Positions 12,296 to 24,287 of a DNA stretch of 64,000 bases are shown piece by piece. Origin of the DNA: Malacoraja senta (Eukaryota); the NCBI GenBank assembly GCA_038087875.1, contig CM075997.1, positions 4,342,001 to 4,406,000 on the forward strand. The letters run 5' to 3'. The position numbers were made by a program, and so were the translations under genes. The notes under the pieces are model-generated. The model saw only the letters and a program-made list of their open reading frames with translations. It searched no databases and had not been told where the DNA came from. Every line of letters starts with the position of its first letter. Position 1 is the stretch's first letter.

Positions 12296-12915
12296 TTTAG
12301 TTCAGTTTATTATCGTGTGCCGAGGTAGGCTATAGAGCTTTTGTTGCGTGCTAACCAGTCAGCGGAAAGACTATACATGATTCCAATCGAGCCGTCCACA
12401 TTGTACAGATACATGATAAAGGGAATAATGTTTAGTGCAAGGTAAAGTTCATTAAAGTGCAATTTAAGTCTGTGGTTCTCCAGTGAGGTAGATAGTAGCT
12501 CAGGACCGCTCTCTAGTTGGTGAGAGGATGGTTCAGTTGATAACAGCCGGGAAGAAACTGCCCCTGAATCTAGAGGTGTGCGTTTTCACTTCTGTATCTA
12601 TTGCCCGATGGGAGAAGGGAGAAGAGGGAGTGGTAAATGGAGTCCAATAGAAGGGAGGTTGGTTTGTGCGATGGTCTGGGCTGCGTCCACAATTCCCTAC
12701 AATTTCTTGCGGTCTTGGATGGAGCTGTTCCCAAACTGTGCTGTGATGCTTCCCGACAAAATGTCTTCCACAGCTCATCTGTGGAAGTTGATGCGAGTTG
12801 TTGGGGACATGCCAGACTTCCCAAGCCTTCTGAGGAAGTAGAGGCATTGGTGTGCTTCATTGGCTGTTGCTTCAGTATGGTTGGTCCAGGAGAAGTTGCT
12901 GGTGATATTTACTCT
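12296..12915 (-). mobile_element. Rex1/Babar-type LINE fragment, second subfamily
   Basis: Degenerate HQCLYFLRRLGKSG..SRFRGSFFPAVI plus a 3' UTR that recurs at ~25290-25460, 32325-32515, 45420-45590, 55130-55300 and 58680-59330. Confidence 0.65.
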
Positions 12916-12960
12916 AATTCCGCATCGCCAATGCAAACCGGGCTTCGCTTATTAATAATG

Positions 12961-13505
12961 GACGGCACGGTGGCGCAGCGGTAGAGTTGGCGCCTCACAG
13001 CGGCAGGGACCCGGATTCGATCCTGATTACAGGTGCTGTCTGCACGGAGTTTGTACGTTCTCCCCGTGACCTGCGTGGGTTTTCACCGGGTTCTCCGGTT
13101 TCCTCCCACGCTGCAAAGACGTACAGGTTTGTAGGTTAATTGGCTTCGGTAAAATTGTAAATTGTCCCTAGTGTGTGTTGGTAGGATAATTTTAAGGGCC
13201 TGTCCCACTTTCACGACCTAATTCACGACCTTTTTTACTCGTGGACATTTTTCATTAGGCTAGAAAAACGCCCCGACCTACTTGATGCCACGAGTACCTA
13301 CGACTAGCATCACGACCTACCTACGACCTACCTACGACCTTGTGACGACCATGCTGCGAGTATGAGTCAAGGGAAAACTTGGCAGAGGTCGTGGAAGTGG
13401 GACAGGCCCTTCAGTGTGTGGGGATCGCTGGTCGATGACCTCGTGGGCCGAAGGGCCTGTTTCCGCGCTGTCTCTCTCAACGAAATAAACAAAACTAAAC
13501 TAAAA
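12961..13505 (+). mobile_element. V-SINE (HE1-like) interrupted by a MITE, abutting the NCX exon acceptor region
   Basis: Same consensus as 19128-19452. Other copies: minus strand at ~18272-18540, 18700-18910, 28910-29218, 38925-39240, 41500-41775, 53410-53690 and 57090-57320; plus strand at ~19886-20175, 26010-26295, 31417-31872, 51832-52068, 54745-55060, 60615-60945, 62195-62480 and 62865-63130. Confidence 0.85.
13195..13410. mobile_element. PIF/Harbinger-type MITE, family B, nested in a V-SINE just upstream of the NCX exon
   Basis: TIRs AGGGCCTGTCCCACTT; internal (CGACCTAC)-type repeats; flanks TTA/TCA. Confidence 0.85.
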
Positions 13506-13591
13506 TCCTTTGTGATCTTTCTCGTTCCAGATATCCAAAGATCGGGAGATCCCGAAATCAGTTTTATTCCTTCTGACAGAAGACCGGTTCA

Positions 13592-15366
13592 ATGGGCAGG
13601 CTGGAGTTGAGACCCATCCTGTCCCCTCTCGTGGGGCTGGGAGTCCTGATCACTCTCTTCATGATGAACATCTGGGTGGCAGAAGCTGCCGACGTCCAAG
13701 GCCACGAACCCTTTCCCAACGCCACGTGCTTTGGCTCCTTCTATTGTACCCGTGGCATCATCCTGCCGATCTGGTACCCGCAAAACCCCTCGCTGGGCGA
13801 CAAAGTGGCCCGAGCCATCGTCTACTTCGTCGCCATGATGTACATGTTCCTCGGAGTCTCCATCATCGCCGACCGCTTCATGTCGTCCATCGAGGTCATC
13901 ACCTCGCAGGAGAAGGAGATCACCATCACCAAAGCCAACGGGGAAACCAGCGTGGCCACGGTGAGGATCTGGAACGAGACGGTGTCCAACCTGACGCTGA
14001 TGGCCCTGGGTTCCTCGGCGCCTGAGATCCTCATGTCGGTTATCGAGGTGTGCGGGCACGGCTTCAAGGCCGGGGAGCTGGGGCCCAGCACTATCGTTGG
14101 CAGTGCCGCCTTCAATATGTTCGTCATCATCGCCGTGTGTGTCTACGTCATCCCCGACGGCGAGGTTCGGCGGGTCAAGCACCTGCGGGTCTTCTTTGTC
14201 ACCGCCTCATGGAGCATCTTCGCCTACATCTGGATGTACCTGATCCTGGCTGTCTTCTCCCCCGGGGTGGTCCAGATCTGGGAGGCCATGCTGACCTTCC
14301 TCTTCTTCCCGGTGTGCGTGGGGTTCGCCTGGATCGCCGACAAGCGCCTGCTCTTCTACAAGTACGTGTACAAGAGGTACCGCACGGACAAGCGGCGGGG
14401 CATCATCATCGAGACGGAGGGCGAGCTGCCCAAGGGCATCGAGATGGACGGCAAGATGATCCTGGAGCACGGAGACGGGGTCCTGCCCGACGGGACGGTC
14501 ATCACCCTGGAGGCCAAGGACCTGGACGAGAGCCGCAAGGAGGCCATTCGCATCCTGAAGGACCTCAAGCAGAAGCACCCCGACCGAGAGCTGGAGCAAC
14601 TGGTGGAGATGGCCAACTACTACGCCCTGCTCCACCAGCAGAAGAGCCGGGCCTTCTACCGCATCCAGGCCACCCGCATGATGACCGGCGCCGGCAACAT
14701 CCTGAAGAAGCACGCGGCCGACCACGCCAAGAAGACCACCCAACTCAACGAGGAGAAACCCGAGCCCGGCGACGAGCTGTGCAGCAAGATCTCCTTCGAT
14801 CCCGCCAACTACCAGTGCCTGGAGAACTGTGGCCTGGTCACCCTGACCGTGGCGTGCAAGGGCGGCGAGCAGGACGGCACCTTCTACGTGGACTACCGCA
14901 CCGAGGACGGCTCGGCCAACGCCGGCTCGGACTACGAGTACAGCGAGGGCACCCTGGTCTTCAAGCCGGGGGAAACCCTGAAGGAGATCAGCGTGGGCAT
15001 CATCGACGACGACATCTTCGAGGAGGACGAGCACTTCTTTGTCCGCCTGGGGAACCTGCGAAGCGGGGACGCCGAGGGCATGTTCGACTCCGACTCGGCC
15101 GAGCACCCCAAGGGGCGCCTGGTGTCGCCGCTGACCGCCACGGTGACCATCCTGGACGACGACCACGCCGGCATCTTCACCTTCGAGGACAAGGTCCACC
15201 ACGTCAGCGAGAGCGTGGGCGTGATGGAGCTGAGGGTCCTGAGGACGTCCGGGGCCAGAGGGACGGTGATCATCCCGTACCGCACGGTGGAAGGCACGGC
15301 GCGGGGCGGCGGCGTGGACTATGAGGACACCTTCGGCGAGCTGGAGTTCCTCAACGATGAGACGAT
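13592..15366 (+). CDS. slc8a2: Sodium/calcium exchanger (NCX), large first coding exon (aa 1-591); most similar to NCX2
   Basis: 592-aa ORF with a signal peptide, the alpha-1 repeat (LMALGSSAPE), the XIP region (RLLFYKYVYKRYRTDKRRG), CBD1 acidic motifs (IIDDDIFEEDE, DDDHAG) and the start of CBD2. It ends at the phase-2 donor AT|gtaagt (GT 15367-15368). NCX2-type residues from recalled sequences: ITKANGETSV, YYALLHQ, GDAEGMF...PKGRLV, DETM. Candidate acceptors: ttccag|13531 or ctgacag|13580. NCX family is certain; the paralog call is less so. Confidence 0.9.
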
Positions 15367-15377
15367 GTAAGTACCCA

Positions 15378-16360
15378 ATTGCAGGGATTCTCCCCCCTCT
15401 ACATCGGGGACCTGGGGGGTGGAGGCTACCCCACCCTGGAATCCCGTGCAACCTGTTTCTCTCACGGTTCACAGACTCGCCACTTTTGCGGGCTGGATGA
15501 GTCTGTGTTCCACGTGTATATGGGGTGTGTGAGGGTTGCAGCCCCTGTTCAATGATCTAAAGGGGCTGTTTTTCGCCTTTTGTCTGTACTTCACACCCAC
15601 CACCCTCATCTGTGGACACCCTGTGCGTACGGGAGAGGGTAGAGCTGAAGATGTCCTGGTTGGGTTGCTCCTGGGCCTGGCCAAGCTGCCCATCCGTCCA
15701 CGAGTCACGGCGCCAGGCGGAAGAGGGCTCTGCCTGAGCTGGCTGCCTGCCCCTTTTCCGGGGGTTACGTCCGCGCCCGGGTGGTACTAGCAAGGTACTA
15801 CGTGCTGTCCACGGGCATCCTGGGGGATTTCTGGGACCGCTGGACACCGCGGGGGTGGAATGCACCATTAATTATGATGGGGAAATACTGCTTTGAGAAT
15901 ATTTGTTTTGCTTGTATTGCGGTGGTGGTATTATATTAGTAATGTACATATTATTGAAAATAGTTGAATACATTATTTTTGGTTTAAAAAAATAATAATT
16001 GAAAAAAAGGAAAAGTAAGTAAGTACACAAATGCTCGATGGTAGCGATGGGCGGAAGAGGGCTCTGCCCGAGCCGGCTGCCTGCCTGCCACTTTTCCGGG
16101 TTTACCTCCGTGCCTGGCTGATACTAGGCTATCCATGGGCGTCCTGGGGGATTTTCGGGACCGGTGGGCACTGCGGGTGGGGGGGGAGGGGGGTGGGGTG
16201 GAATGTATCCTTAATAAGGATTGTATTATTGTTATTTGAAAATTCAGAGTCTTGGATAATTTGGTGATTTTGTAGTATGGTGATCGGTGTGTTACCACGG
16301 TTTTAGTTTTGCAAGTATTATTTTGTATCCTAATTGATACAAACCAATTTTTAATAAACG
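15378..16360 (+). mobile_element. L1-Tx1-like LINE 3' fragments (two tandem ends)
   Basis: Degenerate zinc knuckle (FCGLDESVFHVYMGC) and LLLGLAKL motif; A-rich tail at ~15985-16015; 15715-15865 is repeated at ~16048-16205; AATAAA at 16353. Confidence 0.65.
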
Positions 16361-16371
16361 CTCAGGATGTG

Positions 16372-16980
16372 TCGGAAAGAACTGCAGATGCCGGTTTAAA
16401 TCGAGGGTAGACACAAAAAGCTGGAGTAACTCAGCGGGACAGGCAGCGTCTCTGGAGAGAAGACTGAGAGTCAGGGGTGAGGGAGAGTAGAGATATGGAA
16501 GTGTCAGGTGTGAAAACAACAGATCGAAGCAGATGGTGATCAAGGGAATGTTAGCTGAGGGTCAGCTGAGAACGAGGCATTCAGTCAGTAAAATTAATTA
16601 GGACAGTGAAACTAGTCGGAGAACTAGGATGGGGAGGCAGGGAGAGAGAGGGAGAGCAAGGGTTACAAGAAGGGTTCCCTCTCTCTCTGTCCCTCCCCCA
16701 TCCTAGTTCTCCAACGTTTCACTGTCCTCCTGATTACATTTTACTGATTGTACGCCTCGTTGTCACCTTCCCCTCCAGCGAACAATGAACCATTCTTCAT
16801 TTTCCTTGAGCATCGTCCCCTTTGATCTGTCCTTTTCACACCTCACCCTTCCATATCTCTATGTCTCCCTCTCCCCTGACTCTCGGTCTGAAGAAGGGTC
16901 TCGACCCCAAACGCCGCCCCTTTCCCTTTCTCCAGAGATGCTGCCTGTCCCGCTGAGTTAGAACCAGCTTTTTTTGTGTC
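16372..16980. mobile_element. Inverted pair of Penelope pLTR segments
   Basis: 16372-16668 is the reverse complement of ~16676-16980, a typical PLE inverted-end structure. Similar pairs lie at ~5706-6170, 11135-11445, 42330-42915, 48950-49150 and 58265-58425. Confidence 0.75.
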
Positions 16981-17309
16981 AACCTTTGAAACAAATGGTC
17001 AGGATCAAAGGTGACCTGAGCTGCGTGATCTTCTCAATTTTTTATGACGTAGATTGGATGAATGCAAAATGCCACGAGGAATTATCGTCGTGCTTTCAGG
17101 GTTTTATGTCGGGTTCTGGTTCTGGATCTTTGTCCGATGAGATTGAATTGTATAGATGGTAATTCACTCCGCATTTTTGTGTTACAATGCGGCACTTCAG
17201 AGACCAGAGTTATGGCTTTGCGCTTGCAAATCTCAACACTGAAGTGTTCACAAAAGCACTGGTGTAGAATTTTACAAGCCTCCATTAATAATCTAGTTTT
17301 ATTATTGCC

Positions 17310-17836
17310 AGTCCTTCCAGGTGCGGCAGAGGTTCACCTGCACCTCCTCCAACTTCATCTATTGCATCCGCTGCTCTAGATGTCAGCTGCTCTACATCGG
17401 TGACCAAGTGTAGGCTTGGCGATCGCTTCGCCCAACACCTCCGCTTGGTTCGCAATAACCAACCTGATCTCCCGGTGGCTCAGCACTTCAACTCCCCCTT
17501 CCATTCCGAATCCGACCTTTCTGTCCTGGGCCTCCTCCAAGGCCAGAGTGAGGACCACTGTAAATTGGAGGAGCAGCACCTCATATTTCGCTTGGGCAGT
17601 TTGTACCCCAGGGGTAGGAACATTGACTTCTCTAATTTCAGGTAGTCCCTACTTTCTCCTCCCCTTCTCAGCTCTCCCTCAGTCCACTGGCTCCACCTCT
17701 TCCTTTCTTCCTCCCCCCCCCCTCTCCACCCTCACATCAGTCTGAAGAAGGGTCTCGACCCGAAATGTTGCCTATTTCCTTCGCTCCATAGATGCTGCCT
17801 CACCCGCTGAGTTTCTCCAGCACTTTAGTCTACCTT
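17310..17836 (+). mobile_element. Penelope-like element 3' portion: degenerate GIY-YIG endonuclease plus pLTR
   Basis: Frameshifted translation FTCTSSNFIYCIRCSRCQLLYIG..KCRLGDRFAQHLR..PVAQHFN..EQHLIFRLGSLYPRGRNIDF, followed by the CTGAAGAAGGG..CCCGAAA repeat; 'tattgcca'-containing direct repeat at both ends. Confidence 0.85.
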
Positions 17837-19127
17837 TTATTTATTGCCACCTTTACTGAGGTACGGTGAAAAGATTTTGTTTGCCTGCTATCCTTTCAAA
17901 GCCAGTGTTTGATGGCACTGGGCCTGTACTCGCTGGAGTTTAGAAGAATGAGGGTGGGGGGTGGGGGACCACATTGAAACTTACCGAATAGTGAAAAGCT
18001 TGGATAGAGTGGATGTGGAGAGGATGTTTCCACTAGTGGAGGAGTCTAGGACTAGAGGTCACAGCCTCAGAATTAAAGGAGGTTCCTTTAGGAAGGAATT
18101 TCTTTAGTCAGAGGGTGGTGAATCTGTGGAATTCTTTGCCACAGAAGGCTGTGGAGGTCAAGTCAATGGATATTTTTAAGGCAGAGTTAGATAGATTCTT
18201 GATTGGTACGGGTGTCAGGGAACATAAAACAAATTTGGCGTTTACTTCCCTTCTTCGATTGTGCCACTAGGTTAGAGATACAGCGTTGCAACAGGCCCTT
18301 CGGCCCATCGAGTCTGCACCGACCAGCGATCCCCGCACACTAACACTACCCTACACGTACTAAGGACAATTTTACATTGATGCCAAGGCATTTAACCTAC
18401 AAACCTGTACGTCTTTGGAGTGTGGGAGGAAGGTAAAGATCTCGGAGAGCGTACAAACTCCGTACAGACAGCACCCATAGTCGGGATCGAACCCAGGTCT
18501 CTGGCACTGTGAGGCAGCAACTCCACCACTGTGCCGCCCTTTAATACTTTAAGGTCGGCATGGGGTCACCACATGAGTACCACCATCCACGTAACTTTCA
18601 CTTCCACTAAAGAACCTTCACTTCCCTAACGAGACTTGTTGGGTCTATTCTCATGCGTGTCATCGTTGCCTCACCGGATCCAACCTCTACACCGAAGGTT
18701 TAGTTTAGTTTAGTTTACATTAGAGATACAGCGCGGAAACTGGCCCTTCGGCCCATCGAGACTGCGCCGACCCCGTGCACTCGGAGAAAACCCACGCAGG
18801 TCACGGGGAGAACGTGCAAACTCCGGACAGACAGCACCCGTAGTCAGGATCGAACCTGGGTCTCTGGCGCTGTGAGGCAGCAACTGTACCGCTGCACCAC
18901 CGTGCCGCCCAATAGAAGGTTAATGGAAGGTGGGGAGTTCGAGTTTCTGCTGACCCAGCTACAATGCATCTTAACCCCCTTGGCCTAAGATTACGATCGG
19001 CCATTTTACCCGCTGGGAGAACAGAGGGGGGACCTGTTGTGCTTGTGTGTGGCACCATTGTCCTCGGCAACGGTAGGAGCGGACTGGGAAACACTCAAAC
19101 TTTCTCACTGTATCTCGTACACGTTGG

Positions 19128-19452
19128 GCGGTCACGGTGGCGCAGCGGTAGAGTTGCTGCCTTACATCGCTTGCGGCGCCGGTGACCCCGGTTCGATCCC
19201 AACTACGGGTGCTGTCTGTACGGAGTTTGTACATTCTCCCCGTGACCTGCGTGGGTTTCCTCCGAGATCTTCAGTTTCCTCCCACACTCCAAAGACGTGC
19301 AGGTTTGTAGGTTAATTGGCTTGGTGTAAATGCAAAATTTGTCCCGAGTGGGTGTAGGATAGTGTTAATATGCGGGGATCGCTGATGGGCGCGGACCCGG
19401 TGGGCCGAAGGGCCTGTTTCCGCGCTGTATCTCTAAACTAAACTAAAACTAA
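19128..19452 (+). mobile_element. tRNA-derived V-SINE (HE1-like), representative full-length copy
   Basis: A box TGGCGCAGCGG, B box GGTTCGATCC, V-domain (GGAGTTTGTACGTTCTCCCCGTG..GGTTTCCTCCCACACTCCAAAGAC), CR1-like tail GGGCCGAAGGGCCTGTTTCC and (AAACT)n. Confidence 0.85.
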
Positions 19453-20723
19453 AATCTCTGCTTTAAACATATCCATTGACTTGGCCTCCACAGCCGTCTG
19501 TGGCGATGAAATCCACAGATTCACCACCCTCTGGTTAAAGAAATTCCTCCTCATCTCCATTCTAATGGTACATCCTGTTATTCACAGGGGCCTGTGTCCA
19601 TGCTGTATAGAGTCCTAGTGTCATACAACATGGAAACAGGCCCTTCGGCCCAAATTGTCCACACCGACCAACAAGTCCCATCTGTTTGGTCCATATCCCT
19701 CCCAACCAGTCCTATCCATGTACCTGTCTAATTGTTTCTTAAACGTTGCGATAGTCCCTGCCTCAACTACCTCCTCCGGCAGCTCGTTCCATACACCCAC
19801 CACCCTTTGTGTCAAAAAGTTACCCCTCGGATTCCTATTAATTCTTTCCCCTTTCAACTATCTCTAACTGAACTAAACGAAACTTCACGGTAGCACGATG
19901 AGCACAGCGGTAGAGCAGCTGCCTCCCAGCAGCATCCTGACTACGGGCGCTGTCCGTGCGGAGTTTGCACGTTCTCCCCGTGACCGCGTGGTTTTTCTCT
20001 GAAAGCTCCGGTTTCCTCCCACACTCCAAAGACGTACGTGTTTGTAGGTTAATTAACTTCGGTAGAAATTGTATAACGTCCCTAGTCTGTGTAGGATAGT
20101 GCTAGTGTACGAGGAGATCGGTGGTCGGCACGGACTCGATGGGCTGAAGGGCCTGTTTTTTCGCATTGCATCTCCAAACATGGAAAAAAGAGAGAGACTT
20201 TAGAGGGAATCGCAGAGCTTGGTGGGCTGAAGGGCCTATTTAGAGTCATAGAGTGATACAGTGTGGAAACAGGCCCTTCGGCCCAAATTGCCCACACCGG
20301 CCAACATGTCCCAGCTACACTAGTCCCACCTGCCTGCTTTTGGTCCATATCCCTCCAAACTTGTTCTATCCATGGTAGACAAAAATGCTGGAGAAACTCA
20401 GTGGGTGAGGCAGCATCTATGGGGCGAAGGAAATAGGCAACGTTTCGGGTCGAGCCCCTTCTTCCAACTCTATCCATGTTCTATCCATGTACCTGTCCAA
20501 CTGTTTCTTAAACATTGGGATAGTCCCAGCCTCAACTACCTCCTCTGGCAGCTTGTTCCATGCACCCACCACCCTTTGTGTGAAAAAGTTACCCCTCAGA
20601 TTCCTATTAAATCTTTTCCCCTTCACCTTGAACCTGTCTCCCCTGGTCCTCGATTCCCCGACTCTGGGCAAAAGATTCTGTGCATTTACGCTCCAATGAC
20701 TCCAAGGCCCAGGCTACCACTGA

Positions 20724-21180
20724 AGGGCCTGTCCCACTTGGCCATCATTTGCGCCTCATTTACGCGTCATATGTAAAATAGGTCGACGAGTCGTGATGCG
20801 CGACGTCGCTCACAAATCACGCCGTCTGGTGCACGTGACGTCATTAGAATACCATGTGGCGCGCGGCGACACATGGTTTACGCACGGTGACGCAACCATG
20901 CGTCACCACGCGATACATGTGAGACGTCGGGACGCCAGCGTGCGACGCCATTACGTCAGCGTGCGTAGCCAATGCCTCAGCGTGCATGCGCGATACGTCA
21001 CGCAGGTGGCGCGCGAGGATTTCGTTACACTACAAAATCCTGGAGCGCCACGTGATACCGTGCGCCACCGCATACAATTCCACGCCTCACCATGCGCAAT
21101 GCGTGCGTCACCCACGCGTCATGACGCGTCGACCTATTTTACATATGACGCGTAAATGACGGCCATGTGGGACAGGCCCT
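20724..21180. mobile_element. PIF/Harbinger-type MITE, family A
   Basis: Homologous to 333-801; TSD TGA/TGA. Confidence 0.85.
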
Positions 21181-21557
21181 TGACATAGCAGTGCTAAATG
21201 AGAGGCTAGGTGTGGAAGTGCACACACAGGGACTGCTTGCTGTCAGATGTACTTGGATAAGACAGAAGCTCCTTCTGCGTCACCGTTTGTTCACCACCTC
21301 TCCCCTGCACAAAGCCAGTGCCTCCCGCTGCTAGGCTTTCCTGTTTATTACACCTGTGCGTTTAATGGCCCGCAAAACAAACACCGTCCTGTGGATAAAG
21401 GCAGCAGTTCCATCTGGCCACTGAAGGTCCCTTGCTCACTGAACAACCCGTTCTGCATTCCGATCTTTCCCACACATGCCTCCAGAAGCGAGGCGTGAAA
21501 TACAGGGAGAGCAGCAGAACCGAGATCTTCGGTTTCCTCCCACACTGCAAAGTTCAA

Positions 21558-22282
21558 GTTCAAGATTCAAGAGAGTTTATTGTCATGTGTCCCAGATAGG
21601 ACAATGAAATTCTTGCTTTGCTTCAGCACAACAGAATATAGTAGGCATGAATACAGAACAGATCAGTGTGTCTATATACCATTGAATATATATATATACA
21701 CACATAAATAAGCAGATAAAGTGCAATAGGCTATTAAAGTTCAGATTTTTGTTTGAGTTGAGTTTAATAGCCTGATGGCTGTGGGGAAGCAGATATTCCT
21801 GAACCTGGATGTTGCAGATTTCAGGCTCCTGTACCTTCTACCTGAAGGCAGCAGAGAGATGAGTGTGTGGCCAGGATGGTGTGGGTCCTTGATGATGCTG
21901 CCAGCCTTTTTGAGGCAGCGACTGTGATAGATCCCCTCGATGGTGGGGAGGTCAGAGCCGATGATGGACTGGGCAGTGTTTACAACTTTCGGCATCCTTT
22001 TCCGCTCCTGGACGCTCAAGTTGCCGAACCAAGCCACGATGCAACCGGTCAGCATGCTCTCTACTGTGCACCTGTAGACGTTTGAGAGAGTCCTCCTTGA
22101 CAAACCGACTCTCCGTAGTCTTCTCAGGAAGTAGAGGCGCTGATGTGCTTTCTTAATAATGGCATCAGTGTTCTCGGACCAGGAGAGATCTTCAGAGATG
22201 TGCACGCCCAGGAATTTGAAGTTCCTGACCCTCTCCACCATCGACCCGTTGATATAAACGGGACTGTGGGTCCCCATCCTAC
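21558..22282 (-). mobile_element. Rex1/Babar-type LINE 3' fragment
   Basis: VERVRNFKFLGVHISEDLSW..KKAHQRLYFLRRLR.. continuing to the same 3' UTR as 8440-9015. Confidence 0.85.
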
Positions 22283-22889
22283 AATTTGTAGGTTAATTGG
22301 CTTGGTATGAATGTAAAATGTCTCTAGTGTGCGTAGGGTAGTGTAAAGGTGCGGGGATCACGGGTCAGCATGGACCTGGTGTGCCGAAGGGCCTGTTTCC
22401 GCGCTGTATAACTAAACTAGAACTAAATATGAGGCGTAGTTCCTCCATTCTGTTTTTGGCCTCATTCTGACAGTGGAGGAAGCCCAGGACAGAAATGTCA
22501 CAAGGTCATAAGTGATAGGAGCAGAATTAGGCCATTTAGCCCATCACGTCTACTCCGCCATTCAATCAGGGCTGATCTATCTCACCCTTCTAATCCCATT
22601 CTCCTGCCTTCTCCCCATAACCCCTGACACCCGTACTAATCAAGAATCCATCTATCTCTGCCGTAAAAATATCCATTGACTTGGCCTCCACAGCCTTTTG
22701 TGGCAAAGAATTCCACAGATTCACCACCCTTAACTAACGATATTCCTCCTCATCTCCTTCCTAAAAGAACGTCCTTTAATTCTGAGGTTATGACTTCTAG
22801 TCCGAGACTCTCCCACTAGTGGAAACATCCTCTCCACATCCACTCTATCCGGGCCTTTCACTATTCTGTACGTTTCAATGAGGTCTTCC

Positions 22890-24287
22890 CTGGAGCGCAT
22901 CGTCGCGTCACAACTTCATTCCCACCTCCTCGCGTATAACCTATTCGAACCCCTCCAATCTGGCTTTTGCCCCCTCCATAGCACAGAAACTGCTCTCCTC
23001 AAAGTCCTCAATGACCTCCTTACCTCTGCTGACTCTGGCTCCCTCAATATCCTCATCCTCCTCGACCTGAGTGCAGCCTTCGATACCGTCAACCACAACA
23101 TCCTGCTCAACAGACTTAGGGACCTTGGCATTGAAGGTTCTGCACTCAGCTGGCTCCGTTCCTACCTTTCCAACCGATCCCACTTCATTTCTCTCCACAA
23201 CCACACCTCTGCCACAGCCACTGTCACTCAAGGCGTTCCCCAAGGCTCCGTTCTTGGTCCCCTCCTCTTCATCATCTACATCCTCCCCCTTGGTCATATA
23301 CTCCGTCACTTCAACCTGGACTTCCACTGCTATGCTGATGACACCCAGATCTATCTCAGCACCAAGTCCCCCCACCACCCCCCTCTCTCCCGTATCAACT
23401 CCTGCCTATCAGCCATCAAATCTTGGATGCAACTCAACTTCCTTAAATTAAACAGTAGCAAAACAGAATTTCTCCTCATTGGCTCCAAATCAACACTCAC
23501 TAAAATTAACAACCCCACTCTCACTATCGACGGCACCACTGTCTCCCCATCTCCTCAGGCACGCAACCTTGGCGTGATCCTTGACTCAACCCTCTCCCTT
23601 GAGCCTCACATCCGCCATGTTGTCAAAACATCATTTTTTCACCTCCGCAACATTGCAAAAATCAGATCGTCTCTGAAAGACTCATCCATGCCTTCATCTC
23701 CTCCCGACTGGACTACTGTAACTCTCTTCTTTTCGGAATCAATTCCAGCAGCATCAAACGACTCCAACTGGTCCAAAATGCAGCCGCTTGACTCATCACC
23801 CACACCAAATCCTGGCACCACATCACCCCAGTTCTCAAAGAACTTCACTAGCTTCCCATTTCCCACCGGATCACCTACAAAATCCTGGTCCTCACCTACA
23901 AAGCCCTCAACAACCTGGCCCCCCCTTATCTCATTGACCTCCTCTCCCCCTACCAACCCTCACGGTCCCTCAGATCCACATCAGCTGGTCTCCTCTCCAC
24001 TCCGAAATCAAACCTCTGCACTTTTGGAGGCAGAGCCTTCTCCAGGGCAGCTCCCAGGCTCTGGAATTCCCTCCCACAACCGGTCTGAAATTCTGAGTCC
24101 CTCACCATCTTCCAGTCCCGCCTCAAGACCCATCTCTTCACCTCTGCATACCCTTAGTCCCATGTTCCCCCCCCCCTCTGTCTTACTGCTCTATTTTGTT
24201 TTGTTTATTCCTGACTCTCAATTGTAAAGCGACTTTGAGTCCTGAAAAGCGCTATATAAATAAAATCTATTATTATTATTATTATTA
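22890..24287 (+). mobile_element. L2 LINE, 5'-truncated, RT domain
   Basis: LQSGF..HSTETALLKV, LLDLSAAFDTV, GVPQGSVLGP, YADDTQIY; L2-type 3' end 'gtaaagcgactttgag..aaaagcgctatataaataaa' plus (ATT)n; frameshift and stops in the C-terminal part; interrupts a CR1. Confidence 0.9.

Noticed and set aside
13589..15472. Long overlapping and antisense ORFs (424 aa +, 421 aa -, 197 aa -)
   Set aside because: Expected shadows of the very high GC3 in the NCX exon; no recognisable domains.
19128..19205. tRNA-like A/B boxes
   Set aside because: These are SINE heads followed by the V-domain, not cloverleaf tRNA genes.
22878..24227. 449-aa RT ORF as an intact or domesticated gene
   Set aside because: 5'-truncated L2 with a frameshift and stops after the RT core; its start codon comes from the flanking CR1.
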